A stretch of DNA of 64,000 bases from Thermoplasmata archaeon (lineage in GTDB: Archaea > Thermoplasmatota > Thermoplasmata > Thermoplasmatales > GCA-001856825): contig JAJYUZ010000002.1 in assembly GCA_021792255.1 (NCBI GenBank), forward strand, positions 64,001 to 128,000, given 5' to 3'. The notes beneath the pieces are model-generated. The model saw only the letters and a list, made by a program, of their open reading frames with translations, searched no databases and was not told the DNA's origin. Below are positions 37,888-47,513 of the stretch, in pieces (position 1 is the stretch's first letter; every line of letters starts with the position of its first letter). The translations under genes and the position numbers were made by a program.

Positions 37888-39072
37888 ATGACTGTAATGC
37901 CGATGAGAGTACTGATACTGGGAATAGATGGCTACATTGGCTGGGCACTGGCTCAAAAGCTCGCATCCCAGGGCCACGACATCTATGGAGCCGACAACTT
38001 TTATACTAGGAGAAGAGTGAAGGAAGTAGGCTCAGATTCTGTTTTCCCCATTCCACGAATTGGGGCAAGACTCCAAGGTTTCAAGAAATTCTACGACAAG
38101 GATATCAGATTCTTCAGAGGGAACGTTGCAGATCCAAAATTCGTTTACAAAATCTTTGAGGATATCAAGCCGGAAGCAGTCTACCATCTGGCAGAACAAA
38201 GATCTGCGCCTTATTCCATGATGGGTCTGAAACAGGCGAACGAGACAATGATTGGCAATATCGTCAGCACCATCAACCTTGTCTATGCTGCAAAGGATCT
38301 GAATCCAGACGTCCACATAATCAAGCTGGGTACGATGGGGGAATACGGTACCCCAAACATAGACATTACGGAAGGATTTTTTGAGATCGAATTCAGGGGA
38401 AGAAAGGATACCTTGCCTTTTCCAAGGAATGCTGGATCATGGTACCACTGGACTAAGGTTCACGACTCTAACAATCTCATGTTTGCCAATAGGTTGTGGA
38501 AATTGAAAATCACGGACGTGATGCAGGGGGTCGTCTATGGAACAGAAACAAATGAAATAACAAGATCTCATCTCTACACGAGGTTCGACATTGATGAAGT
38601 CTGGGGTACCGCCCTCAACAGGTTTTCAGCCCAAGCAGTGACGAGCCTACCCATAACGCCCTATGGCAAGGGAAATCAGAAGAGGGGGTTTCTCTCGCTC
38701 GATGACAGCGTGAACTGCCTTACAATAGCCATGGAAAGGCCTCCGAAAGAAGGTGAATACAGGGTGCTCAATCAGTTCGATCAGTACTATTCTGTAAATT
38801 TTCTAGCCGAAACGGTTCAGGAAGTTTATAGAGAACTGACCGGGAAGAATGCACAAATTCAGCACGTCGACAATCCCAGAGTGGAGGCCGAAAATCACTA
38901 CTACAACCCAGACCACAAGAAGCTTTACGACCTGGGATATCGTCCCTCCGGAAATTTGAGAGATGAAATCAAAAAGATAATCGAGGACCTAATGAAGCAC
39001 AGAGAGAGGCTCGGGAAACTGAAGAAGGTCATAATGCCCAAGACTTTTTGGAGAGAGAGTTCAGGGCTCTAA
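37888..39072 (+). CDS. sqdB: UDP-sulfoquinovose synthase (SqdB/Agl3)
   Basis: GIDGYIGW, HLAEQRSAPYSM, KLGTMGEYGTPN, GSWYHWTKVHDS, GTALNRF, NPRVEAENHYY. Confidence 0.95.
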   Translation: MTVMPMRVLILGIDGYIGWALAQKLASQGHDIYGADNFYTRRRVKEVGSDSVFPIPRIGARLQGFKKFYDKDIRFFRGNVADPKFVYKIFEDIKPEAVYHLAEQRSAPYSMMGLKQANETMIGNIVSTINLVYAAKDLNPDVHIIKLGTMGEYGTPNIDITEGFFEIEFRGRKDTLPFPRNAGSWYHWTKVHDSNNLMFANRLWKLKITDVMQGVVYGTETNEITRSHLYTRFDIDEVWGTALNRFSAQAVTSLPITPYGKGNQKRGFLSLDDSVNCLTIAMERPPKEGEYRVLNQFDQYYSVNFLAETVQEVYRELTGKNAQIQHVDNPRVEAENHYYNPDHKKLYDLGYRPSGNLRDEIKKIIEDLMKHRERLGKLKKVIMPKTFWRESSGL

Positions 39073-39087
39073 AGTGCGTCCGTTTTA

Positions 39088-39828
39088 TCATCTCTTCTTG
39101 GAGTGCCTGTAGGTTGCTTCGAGAACAAGTCGATAGTCTTCAGCTAGTCCGACGCTGACCCACGAACTTCTCGGAATTTCCACGGCTGCAAATTTTACTC
39201 CGGACTTTATGGCACTGGAGATTGCATCCGTCAATTCTGCTTTGCCTTCTTTGTAGGAAATGAAATCGAATACCGCTGAGGGCAGGTAGTACATTGCGCA
39301 AAGTGCATAATCGGAAGGGGGATTTTCTGGTTTTTCCATGACTTCAGAAACTTCCAATCTCCTTTCCGTCTTGTTGAGAACGGCTACCCCATACTTTCTC
39401 GGATCGTCTACCTTCATCACAAATAGGGTCCATTTTCTTTCTATTTCAGCTTTCTCAAGTTGTACTCTGAAACGCTCTAAGTCTAGTATCATTCCGTCTC
39501 CGGCCGCTAGAAAGAATCCTTCTTCCTTGATGAATTCCCTAGCAGCAAGTACAGCGTCTCCAAATCCCTTCTTTTCTCTTTGAAAGAATAGCTTGACCGA
39601 GGGATAAACAGCCAAAAGATAGTCTCGCAAGATCGAGTCGGAGGGGTCAACGACTACCGCAATTTCACTTATTCCAATCTGTTTTAATTTGGAGATCAGG
39701 ACATCAACTATAGGTCTCAGCAGCAGGTCGCCTTCTCTGTAATCGTACACATTGAGTAGCTCTTTTCTTATTATCCCGTTCAAACCAGACCGCTTGCCTA
39801 ATCCTGCAGCAGTTATTATCGCCCTCAT
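39088..39828 (-). CDS. Sugar-1-phosphate nucleotidyltransferase (GalU/RfbA-like)
   Basis: AAGLGKRS...KE, GFGDAV, GDG, YGVA, EKP, ELTDAI. Confidence 0.88.
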   Translation of the reverse strand: MRAIITAAGLGKRSGLNGIIRKELLNVYDYREGDLLLRPIVDVLISKLKQIGISEIAVVVDPSDSILRDYLLAVYPSVKLFFQREKKGFGDAVLAAREFIKEEGFFLAAGDGMILDLERFRVQLEKAEIERKWTLFVMKVDDPRKYGVAVLNKTERRLEVSEVMEKPENPPSDYALCAMYYLPSAVFDFISYKEGKAELTDAISSAIKSGVKFAAVEIPRSSWVSVGLAEDYRLVLEATYRHSKKR

Positions 39829-39928
39829 TCTCTTATTACAGAATAAGCAGAACCTATAAAATTTAGTCCAATCCTAACTGAGCGGGGGAAAGGAGCGACA
39901 TTTTTAATGGTGAAATGATAGAGGCTAG

Positions 39929-40888
39929 GTGTCATCTTCCCTCCTTTCAGTCCCAGAGATCGCTGCAGGAATAGTGATGCTTATCGTTTCTTCCTTTATC
40001 TTGACTATTACCATTGAAGAGATTGGGAAGCGCGGGAAATTCAGCGAGAGTTTCACCGGAGCAGTGATAAGTCCAATCTTTACAGCAATGCCTGAACTGG
40101 TGGTGATAATTCTAGCCCTCGTTTTGATTGGAAGGGAATCGGGCTCAGAAATAGCGGCTGGAACAATCATAGGAGAACCCTTCATGGTGTCGGCCATTGG
40201 TTTTCCAATCGTGGCCATAGCGCTGCTAGTCGCTCGGAGAAAAAAGAAGATCGAAATCGCGGATCCGATCTTGTCTAAGATGCTCATCTTCATGGGTCTA
40301 GTGTTTCCAATAATGCTGATTCCTCGATTCTTTGGCTTCCTTGTTGTGAAGATTTTGATAGCCGTTCTGCTGGTCCTTTTGTACTTCGTCTTCTTGAGGT
40401 TCATCAAAGGAAACAGGATACTGGAAGAAGAGGCGGCAAGCATTAGGATCCAGAACAGGGCCTTGCTGGTGTTAGTGTTGCTTGCTGGAGTGGGGCTCCT
40501 GCTTGGAGGCTCATCTCTTCTTGTACAGGGTATCGACAATCTTTCCGTACAGACGGGTGTGAATAGAGAACTGATTACAATTCTGATAGTGCCCATAGGA
40601 ACGATAGTACCGGAGACGATGAACGCCCTAATTTGGGCGACCAGAAGCAAAACAAACCTTGCAATCGGAGCCGTGGCTGGAGAGGAGATGTACTTTGCCA
40701 CTTTTTTTCCCGCCCTAGGAATTTTAGCGAGTCAATGGGTCATAACCTTCGACGGGATTCTAGCAATAGTTTTGACGTCCTTGTTTTCCGTTGCTATAGG
40801 CTTGGCGACCTATAAGTTCAGAAATGCAGTTTACATTTTCATACTCTACTTCGCATCTCTTCTGATCTTTTTGTCATTTGTTTACTAA
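39929..40888 (+). CDS. CaCA family Na+/Ca2+ (cation) antiporter
   Basis: Alpha repeats TAMPE and TIVPE; about 10 TM. Confidence 0.85.
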   Translation: MSSSLLSVPEIAAGIVMLIVSSFILTITIEEIGKRGKFSESFTGAVISPIFTAMPELVVIILALVLIGRESGSEIAAGTIIGEPFMVSAIGFPIVAIALLVARRKKKIEIADPILSKMLIFMGLVFPIMLIPRFFGFLVVKILIAVLLVLLYFVFLRFIKGNRILEEEAASIRIQNRALLVLVLLAGVGLLLGGSSLLVQGIDNLSVQTGVNRELITILIVPIGTIVPETMNALIWATRSKTNLAIGAVAGEEMYFATFFPALGILASQWVITFDGILAIVLTSLFSVAIGLATYKFRNAVYIFILYFASLLIFLSFVY

Positions 40889-40948
40889 AATTTGAGTAAA
40901 TCCAATAAAATAGGAAATGTTAAAATACCGTCTTTAAATCAAGGAAAT

Positions 40949-41608
40949 ATGACCGATCTATCTGGATTATCACTTTCAAATATAAAAAAAAGTCTTTTAA
41001 ACGGCGAACCTCTGATAGTTTATGATTTCGACGGGAGAGAGGAAGAAGCTGACATGGTCTTTTACGCAGGAACGGTAACATGGAAATCAGTCAATCAACT
41101 TAGAAAGGATGCAGGAGGGCTCGTGTGTTATGTTACGGGCAAGGAGGAGGCAAGAAAGATTGGTCTCAATTTTCTGACAGATGAATGGAAGACGCATCCA
41201 GTATATCAGAGTCTCATAAAGAAACCATCGTACGGAGACTACCCTTCATTCCTGATTTGGGTAAACCACGTTTCGGTTTCTACTGGGATTTCGGACTCAG
41301 ATAGGGCCAGCACAATCCGAGAGCTCCACAATCTACTGACGGACCACATTGAAAACAAGGAAGAATTCTTCATGAAGAATTTCTATGCGCCGGGTCATAT
41401 TCCAGTCCTTGCATCCAGGGGATTGGACGAAAGGAGGGGCCACACCGAGCTAGTCGCTCGTATTGCGGAACTCGTGGGACTCCCGCGGAGCATGGTGATT
41501 GCGGAAATGCTGGGAGATGGAAAGAGTCTCAAGAGAGCTAACGCGGAGGAATATGCAAGGAAGAACAAACTGGTATTCCTAGAAGGCAAAGACATAATCG
41601 GGATGTGA
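40949..41608 (+). CDS. ribB: 3,4-dihydroxy-2-butanone-4-phosphate synthase
   Basis: DFDGREEEAD, LRKDAGGL, TGISDSDRA, PGH, RRGHTE. Confidence 0.95.
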   Translation: MTDLSGLSLSNIKKSLLNGEPLIVYDFDGREEEADMVFYAGTVTWKSVNQLRKDAGGLVCYVTGKEEARKIGLNFLTDEWKTHPVYQSLIKKPSYGDYPSFLIWVNHVSVSTGISDSDRASTIRELHNLLTDHIENKEEFFMKNFYAPGHIPVLASRGLDERRGHTELVARIAELVGLPRSMVIAEMLGDGKSLKRANAEEYARKNKLVFLEGKDIIGM

Positions 41609-41613
41609 ACGTG

Positions 41614-42084
41614 ATGACTAAGTACGGGATTGTGGACACAACTTTTTCAAGGGTGGATATGGGGAAGTACGCTTACGATACGATAAGGAAGGAAGATCCA
41701 GATGGAGAGATTATCAGATACACGGTTCCAGGAATAAAGGACCTTCCAATAGGGGCGACAAAGTTGTTCGAACAAGGGTGCGAAGGTGTCATCACTCTAG
41801 GGTGGGTCGGGAAGACAAAGCTGGATAAGTATAGCTATCTGGCCACCAGCATAGGGCTGATTCATGCTCAGCTTCTTGCCAAGAAACACATAATGGATGT
41901 AACAATTCACGAGGACGAAGTGGAGGAGTCTCAACTGGTCTTCCTTTCAAAGGACAGGACTACCAAGCACGCTGCAAACCTGGTGAAGCTCGTGAAGGAT
42001 GGGGGGAGATCACTGTCTTCCATGGCCGGAAAGGGGCTCAGGCAAGGATATAATAATGCAGGACAAATTCTGAGTGAGGATTAA
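41614..42084 (+). CDS. ribC: Archaeal-type riboflavin synthase
   Basis: [33 protein letters not shown]. Confidence 0.96.
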   Translation: MTKYGIVDTTFSRVDMGKYAYDTIRKEDPDGEIIRYTVPGIKDLPIGATKLFEQGCEGVITLGWVGKTKLDKYSYLATSIGLIHAQLLAKKHIMDVTIHEDEVEESQLVFLSKDRTTKHAANLVKLVKDGGRSLSSMAGKGLRQGYNNAGQILSED

Positions 42085-42085
42085 C

Positions 42086-42508
42086 ATGCCAAGAATAGGA
42101 CTTGTGGTCTCGGACTTCAATTATGATATCACCTATCTGATGCAAAAGAAGGCAGAGGAGCAATCTGATCTCCTAGGGATTGAGCACGAGGCGATCAGAG
42201 TCCCGGGTGTCTTCGATATGCCCCTAGCAGTCAAGATGCTTCTGAAGAAGAAAAACATCGATGGTGTCGCATTGCTGGGCGCGGTCATTAAAGGGGAGAC
42301 GAAGCACGATGACCTAGTAATTAATCAGTCAGTTAGGAAAATTGTGGATCTTTCAAACGAATACGAAAAGCCCGTGACGATAGGAATAATCGGACCTGGG
42401 GCTGAGCACGATCAGGCCGTGGCTAGAATTGAAGAATACTCTTCAAGGGCCGTCGAATCTCTGGCAAAACTGTTCAAAGCATTAAGAAAAGTCAACCTTG
42501 AACGTTAG
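42086..42508 (+). CDS. ribH: 6,7-dimethyl-8-ribityllumazine synthase
   Basis: [32 protein letters not shown]. Confidence 0.96.
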   Translation: MPRIGLVVSDFNYDITYLMQKKAEEQSDLLGIEHEAIRVPGVFDMPLAVKMLLKKKNIDGVALLGAVIKGETKHDDLVINQSVRKIVDLSNEYEKPVTIGIIGPGAEHDQAVARIEEYSSRAVESLAKLFKALRKVNLER

Positions 42509-42549
42509 AGGAAGCCAACATTTTTTTAACCCAAGGCTATCATAACAAA

Positions 42550-45102
42550 ATGCCGTACGACTTCAAGGAAAGCGAAAGAAAATGGAGCACCTTCTGGAAT
42601 GAAGAGAGAATATTCCAGTACGATTTCAACTCCGCAAAACCCACATACAGCATAGACACTCCCCCTCGGTACGCATCGGGGAAGATGCACATCGGGCACG
42701 CATTCCATTACTCGCACATAGACATGGTCGCGAAGTATCACCGGATTAAGGGAGAAGAGGTATTCTTTCCCCTCTGTTTTGACGTCAACGGAATGCCCAT
42801 AGAGGTCAATGTGGAAAAAAAATACGGCATCAAAATGAGAGAATACGACAGGCAGAAATTTGTGAAGCTTTGCGAAGAGTTCGCGGAAGGAAATATTCAG
42901 GCCATGATAGGCCAGTTCAATTCCCTCGGAATCACAGCGGATCCCTCCCTGTACTTCAAGACAGACTCAGAGATGTACAGGAAATACACCCAGATATCCT
43001 TCATAAGGTTGTTTGGAAAAGGACTGGCATATAAGGGGAAGCATCCAGTCAACTGGTGTCCTCGCTGTGAGACTGCAATAGCAGAATCCGAGATAGTTTA
43101 CGAAGAAAGAGACGTATTCCTCAACGATATAAAATTCAAGGGAGATGGGTTTGAGCTCGTTATTTCGACTACAAGACCAGAACTCATTGCGGCCTGCGTT
43201 GCAATCGCCGTAAACCCAAAAGATGAACGCTACTCCCACTTGGTCGGAAAGGAGGTCAGAGTGCCACTCTTTGGCAAGACAGTGCCAATCATAACGGACG
43301 ACGAAGTTCTGATGGACTTTGGAACCGGTGCAGAGATGGTATGTTCAGTGGGAGACAAGGCAGACCTGAAAATGATATACAAGCATTCGTTACCATTTCT
43401 TAAGAACATCGACGAGCAGGGAAAGCTGACGGAAAATGCAGGAAAATACGAAGGTCTTTCAGTCAAGGAAGCTCAGAAAAAGATCGTTGAAGATTTGAAG
43501 ACATCTGGGGACTTTGTTTCAAATGTAAAGATCAAGCAGAACGTAGGCACCTGCTGGAGGTGTGGTACACCACTCGAATTTCTTCAAAAGGAACAGTGGT
43601 TCATTAAGTCTATTGATTTTAAGGACGATCTCAAGAAATGGGCGGAGAAACTTGAATGGCATCCTCAGTTCATGAAGAAGAGACTAGAAGACTGGATAGA
43701 CTCCCTCTCTTGGGACTGGGTAGTCTCTCGGCAAAGGTATTTTGCCACTCCAATACCAGTCTGGGAGTGCAAAAATGGTCATCAGGTCGTCGCAACGGAG
43801 GAACAATGTTACGTGGACCCTCTGGTTGACCCTCCGCCAACAAGTGAATGTCCTACCTGTCATCTACCCTTAAAGGGTTCAGAGGAGGTATTTGACACCT
43901 GGATGGACTCTTCAATTTCTGCCCTCTTCAACACTTATTATGTCAGAGACGAGAAGCTCTTTTCAAAGCTCTACCCTATGTCACTAAGACCCCAAGGACA
44001 GGACATCATCAGAACGTGGGCCTACTACAGCCTCCTTAGAGGCAATCTCCTTACTGGTGAGAATCCGTGGAAGAGCATTATGATAGATGGAAACATCATG
44101 GCTCCCGATGGACGCCCTATGCACGCGTCCTGGGGAAACGTAGTAGATCCAAATGTGCTGCTTGACAAGTACGGAGCAGATGCATTCAGGTATTTCACCG
44201 CTTCATGTTCACTCGGAGAGGATACAGCATTCAGGGAAAGAGATCTTGTGAGGGGACAGAGACTGATGAACAAGATCTTCAATCTCGTAAGTTTCCTGGA
44301 ATTTTACAGAGGAAAACAGACAGAAAAAGATGAGCTTAGGGCGGTCGATCACTGGATTCTGAAACAGATGGACAGTACGATCGAACAGGTGAAGTCCGCG
44401 ATGGACAATTTTGAATTCGATCGTGCGATCAGGCTCGCCGAGACTTTCATCTGGCACGATCTGGCAGACAACTATGTTGAGATTATAAAACACAGAATCA
44501 GTGGATTTAGAACGTACGAAACAATCTATAGAGTACTGCTTTCGTCTATGATCATGATAGCTCCGATTTTCCCCTTCATCTCTGAAGATTCATATCAGAG
44601 GTTGTTCAGATCCACAGAGGGAAAGAGGAGTGTTTTTGATTTTCAATTTCAAAACAGGATTCCGTACGATGAGAAAGAAGCCCATAATGGCGGAATTACT
44701 GCAGAAGTGATCTCTATGATGAGAGATCTAAAGGTGAAGGAAAAAATCTCCCTCTCGGAAGAGATAAGAGGGGCATCAATATTTGCTTCTTCCGAAATTC
44801 TAGTCGACGACGAAGACGTCAAAGGAACGATCCGTGCTCAAATACTCTCGTACGAAAAAGGGCAAATAGATGAGGAGATAACTTCATTGAAGCTCACTCC
44901 AGACTTATATTCGGTTCTCAGGGATAGAGCTGAAGCTTTCCTGAAGACCTTAAAGGAGAACACGGCACTGCTTGGTAACGATACGATAGAATTCGAGGGT
45001 AGGAAGATAAAGGCCAGCGAGGTGCTGGCAACGAAATCTTACTCAATTCAAGGAACGAAGGTAAATTGCGGAAAGGGATTCTGCGTATCGATAACGAAAT
45101 GA
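42550..45102 (+). CDS. valS: Valyl-tRNA synthetase (archaeal type)
   Basis: DTPP, HIGH, WCPRCETAIA, TTRPE, DWVVSRQR, FDTWMDSS, QGQDIIRTW; KMSKS position reads PMHAS. Confidence 0.97.
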   Translation: MPYDFKESERKWSTFWNEERIFQYDFNSAKPTYSIDTPPRYASGKMHIGHAFHYSHIDMVAKYHRIKGEEVFFPLCFDVNGMPIEVNVEKKYGIKMREYDRQKFVKLCEEFAEGNIQAMIGQFNSLGITADPSLYFKTDSEMYRKYTQISFIRLFGKGLAYKGKHPVNWCPRCETAIAESEIVYEERDVFLNDIKFKGDGFELVISTTRPELIAACVAIAVNPKDERYSHLVGKEVRVPLFGKTVPIITDDEVLMDFGTGAEMVCSVGDKADLKMIYKHSLPFLKNIDEQGKLTENAGKYEGLSVKEAQKKIVEDLKTSGDFVSNVKIKQNVGTCWRCGTPLEFLQKEQWFIKSIDFKDDLKKWAEKLEWHPQFMKKRLEDWIDSLSWDWVVSRQRYFATPIPVWECKNGHQVVATEEQCYVDPLVDPPPTSECPTCHLPLKGSEEVFDTWMDSSISALFNTYYVRDEKLFSKLYPMSLRPQGQDIIRTWAYYSLLRGNLLTGENPWKSIMIDGNIMAPDGRPMHASWGNVVDPNVLLDKYGADAFRYFTASCSLGEDTAFRERDLVRGQRLMNKIFNLVSFLEFYRGKQTEKDELRAVDHWILKQMDSTIEQVKSAMDNFEFDRAIRLAETFIWHDLADNYVEIIKHRISGFRTYETIYRVLLSSMIMIAPIFPFISEDSYQRLFRSTEGKRSVFDFQFQNRIPYDEKEAHNGGITAEVISMMRDLKVKEKISLSEEIRGASIFASSEILVDDEDVKGTIRAQILSYEKGQIDEEITSLKLTPDLYSVLRDRAEAFLKTLKENTALLGNDTIEFEGRKIKASEVLATKSYSIQGTKVNCGKGFCVSITK

Positions 45103-45136
45103 CAAATGATTTATTTAAAAAAAGAGTATCTATACA

Positions 45137-45511
45137 GTGGTAAGAAGACCCAGCGATGCCGAGCTCATATTCAACGTTCTGAACATCCTTAGGAAGAACG
45201 GAGAGATAGTTGGTGAAGTCAAATTCCTTGATTTCTTGAAGAGCAGGAATGTAGGGGCATCGCCCAAGAGATTCAGGAAGATAATTTACGAGATTCCAGA
45301 GATCGAGGTATCAGTAAAGTACTCCAGGAAGAAGTTCGATTATCTGGACGATTGTCCGGTCTGCAGTTCTAAATTGACCAGGATCAGAAGCGTCAACTTG
45401 GAAGGGAAGAGAAAAATCATCGGGTACAAGTGCGGCACATGTAGATACGACTCAACAAGTGACGGGAAACCATATATATATGCGTTCAGATTAAAGAACC
45501 ATGATCTCTGA
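45137..45511 (+). CDS. Hypothetical protein, HTH-like N-terminus plus zinc ribbon
   Basis: Basic helical N-terminus; CPVC...CGTC. Confidence 0.7.
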   Translation: MVRRPSDAELIFNVLNILRKNGEIVGEVKFLDFLKSRNVGASPKRFRKIIYEIPEIEVSVKYSRKKFDYLDDCPVCSSKLTRIRSVNLEGKRKIIGYKCGTCRYDSTSDGKPYIYAFRLKNHDL

Positions 45512-45917
45512 CATAGAAAAAAATTACATCGTAGTCAAGCTGGAAAAAGGAGAGGATGTTGGGGAATCGTTGATACAAGTTCTGGACGACTATGGGATAT
45601 ACTCTGGGCTTATTGAATTTGGAATTGGAATGATCCGTGATCTGGAAGTAGGTTACTGGAACGGCAAGGAGTACGAAAAGTCCAAAATACCAATGCCCGG
45701 AGAAGTGGTGTCGTTTCACGGCAGCATTTCGTCCAACGATCCCAGACTCCATATCCACGTGTCGGTCGCTATCAAGGATCACTCTGTCAGAGGAGGTCAC
45801 TTCTTTTCAGGCATTGCTGATCCGCTGATGGAGATACACATACTTAGATTGGAAGAGATCGTGTTAAAGAGAGAACTGAACACAATATCGGGTCTTAAAG
45901 AGTTGACGTTTGACTGA
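45501..45917 (+). CDS. PPC/DUF296 domain protein
   Basis: LEKGED, GIG, EVVSFHGSI, HIHV, GGH. Confidence 0.92.
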   Translation: MISDIEKNYIVVKLEKGEDVGESLIQVLDDYGIYSGLIEFGIGMIRDLEVGYWNGKEYEKSKIPMPGEVVSFHGSISSNDPRLHIHVSVAIKDHSVRGGHFFSGIADPLMEIHILRLEEIVLKRELNTISGLKELTFD

Positions 45918-46048
45918 AAACGGGCCCATTTCGGACCCAATTAAGAGAATCATTTGTTCCCCAAATGTTCCTTGTGGTCATTTAGAAATGAGCTAATCTA
46001 ACCAATCTTAGAAACCATAAATAGATGTATTCGATGATGAAATAAACT

Positions 46049-46555
46049 ATGAAAATTGACCTGAGAATCCCATTGTGGATATCCATCATTGGTTATCTGC
46101 TCTTTTTTGTTATGATAGTCGGATTCACGGTATTCCTCCCTTGGATTGTTCCCGTATCTCTGATAGTCGGAGCTGTCATCGTGGGTCTGATCGCGTGGGG
46201 GATCCACAAAAGGATCCTGCGTTGGCCCATCGCAATAGTCATAGGCGTAATTGCCTTGATTTTCTTCTTTCTAGCATTCAGAGGCTTCATCGTCCTGGTC
46301 GAAACTCAGGTCCTCGGAAAGATTTTCCTCCTCTCTGGCCTAATAGGACTTGTAATTATCTTTCTGGGCAGGAAGAACAGGGAGATTCAGGAATTCGAGA
46401 AGTTCATAGGATTTGAGACTCCCCTTAAAAGACTCAGCAAAAATAGTAAATATCTTGCTAATAGGGTCATTGATCCCCAAAAAATTTGGTCAAACATATA
46501 TCATCCCAAACCAAAAAGTGTGCTTACAAGAAAAAAGAGAAGGTTTAGGCTATAG
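46049..46555 (+). CDS. Hypothetical membrane protein (about 4 TM) with basic C-terminal tail
   Basis: Hydrophobic N-terminal two-thirds; ends KPKSVLTRKKRRFRL. Confidence 0.7.
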   Translation: MKIDLRIPLWISIIGYLLFFVMIVGFTVFLPWIVPVSLIVGAVIVGLIAWGIHKRILRWPIAIVIGVIALIFFFLAFRGFIVLVETQVLGKIFLLSGLIGLVIIFLGRKNREIQEFEKFIGFETPLKRLSKNSKYLANRVIDPQKIWSNIYHPKPKSVLTRKKRRFRL

Positions 46556-46582
46556 GCATCCTTTGCTTATCCTCCTGGAAGT

Positions 46583-47158
46583 TTAGCTTGAGAAGAGCTT
46601 TTTTATTCTATCTGTCAGTAAGAGGGTCCCGATCGAAAGCACTTTCTCATTCTCAACATCGATCGCAGTCATGGACGCCAGTTTTATGTCGATTCCGTAA
46701 CTTTCCCGCTCGTTCAGTCCCAGGAAACTAGCCGTAAGGACTCTGATGGGAAGCGCGTGACTGACGAAGATGTAGCAACCATCGTAATCATTGAGCGCAC
46801 TTCTCATCCGTTTGAGCTGAGAGTCCCACGTTTCCATCCCCAGGTCTTCTCTGTTGAGCTTGGGCACCTCGTCGACTTTGTATCCATTGTATGGACCGAG
46901 TCCTGACTCTCTGATCTTGTTGTTTTCAGTAACCTTCAGACCCACTACCTCCCCGACGGTTCTCGCAGTCTGTTTTGTTCTCAGCAATGGACTGCAGACA
47001 ATTCCATTAAATCTCAGTCCCTTTAACTGTTCGGCAGAAAAGAGAATCTGCTCAACGCCTCTCTCTGTTAGGGGATACTGGTTCATGTCCTCTGAAATTA
47101 TGCTGTTGACGTTGGCAAAACTTTCTCCGTGCCTCATCAAAATCATTTTTTTTATCAA
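46583..47158 (-). CDS. Histidine phosphatase / cofactor-dependent phosphoglycerate mutase
   Basis: RHGES, PLTERG, SPLLRTKQTA, VSHALPI. Confidence 0.88.
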   Translation of the reverse strand: MIKKMILMRHGESFANVNSIISEDMNQYPLTERGVEQILFSAEQLKGLRFNGIVCSPLLRTKQTARTVGEVVGLKVTENNKIRESGLGPYNGYKVDEVPKLNREDLGMETWDSQLKRMRSALNDYDGCYIFVSHALPIRVLTASFLGLNERESYGIDIKLASMTAIDVENEKVLSIGTLLLTDRIKKLFSS

Positions 47159-47513
47159 ATAAATCTACCAATCACTAATCTAACAATTTAATAAAATTTT
47201 CCTTCCACTGGGCTTTGTCATCTAGTTATCAATACAAACCACAAAATTCGTCTCGAAAATCTTGGTCTTTGCAGGTGAGAGAGAGTCGATAAAAATTAGC
47301 TCCTTATGTCCTAGAGCCGTAATACTGGGAAAAAGTTGAGGATCCATCGAGCATTAGATCGTACTGATATTCGTATGGTGAATTCCTCAAAAAGTGTCGT
47401 TTGTAAAAACTACAACCTGCCACCCTTCTACGACTCGTGATAGTGATAAAAGAGAGATGAAGAATAATCAAGAATGAAGAAAATAATTCAATCCTTCATG
47501 CCTATGACAAAGA

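Noticed and set aside
39925-40701. 258-aa minus-strand ORF
   Set aside because: Antisense shadow of the CaCA antiporter with no recognisable motifs; the same applies to most short antisense ORFs in the track
47300-47500. Open frames or pseudogene remnant on the minus strand of the large gap
   Set aside because: No good start, SD or recognisable homology; the T-rich part is better explained as termination signal for the 47514 gene
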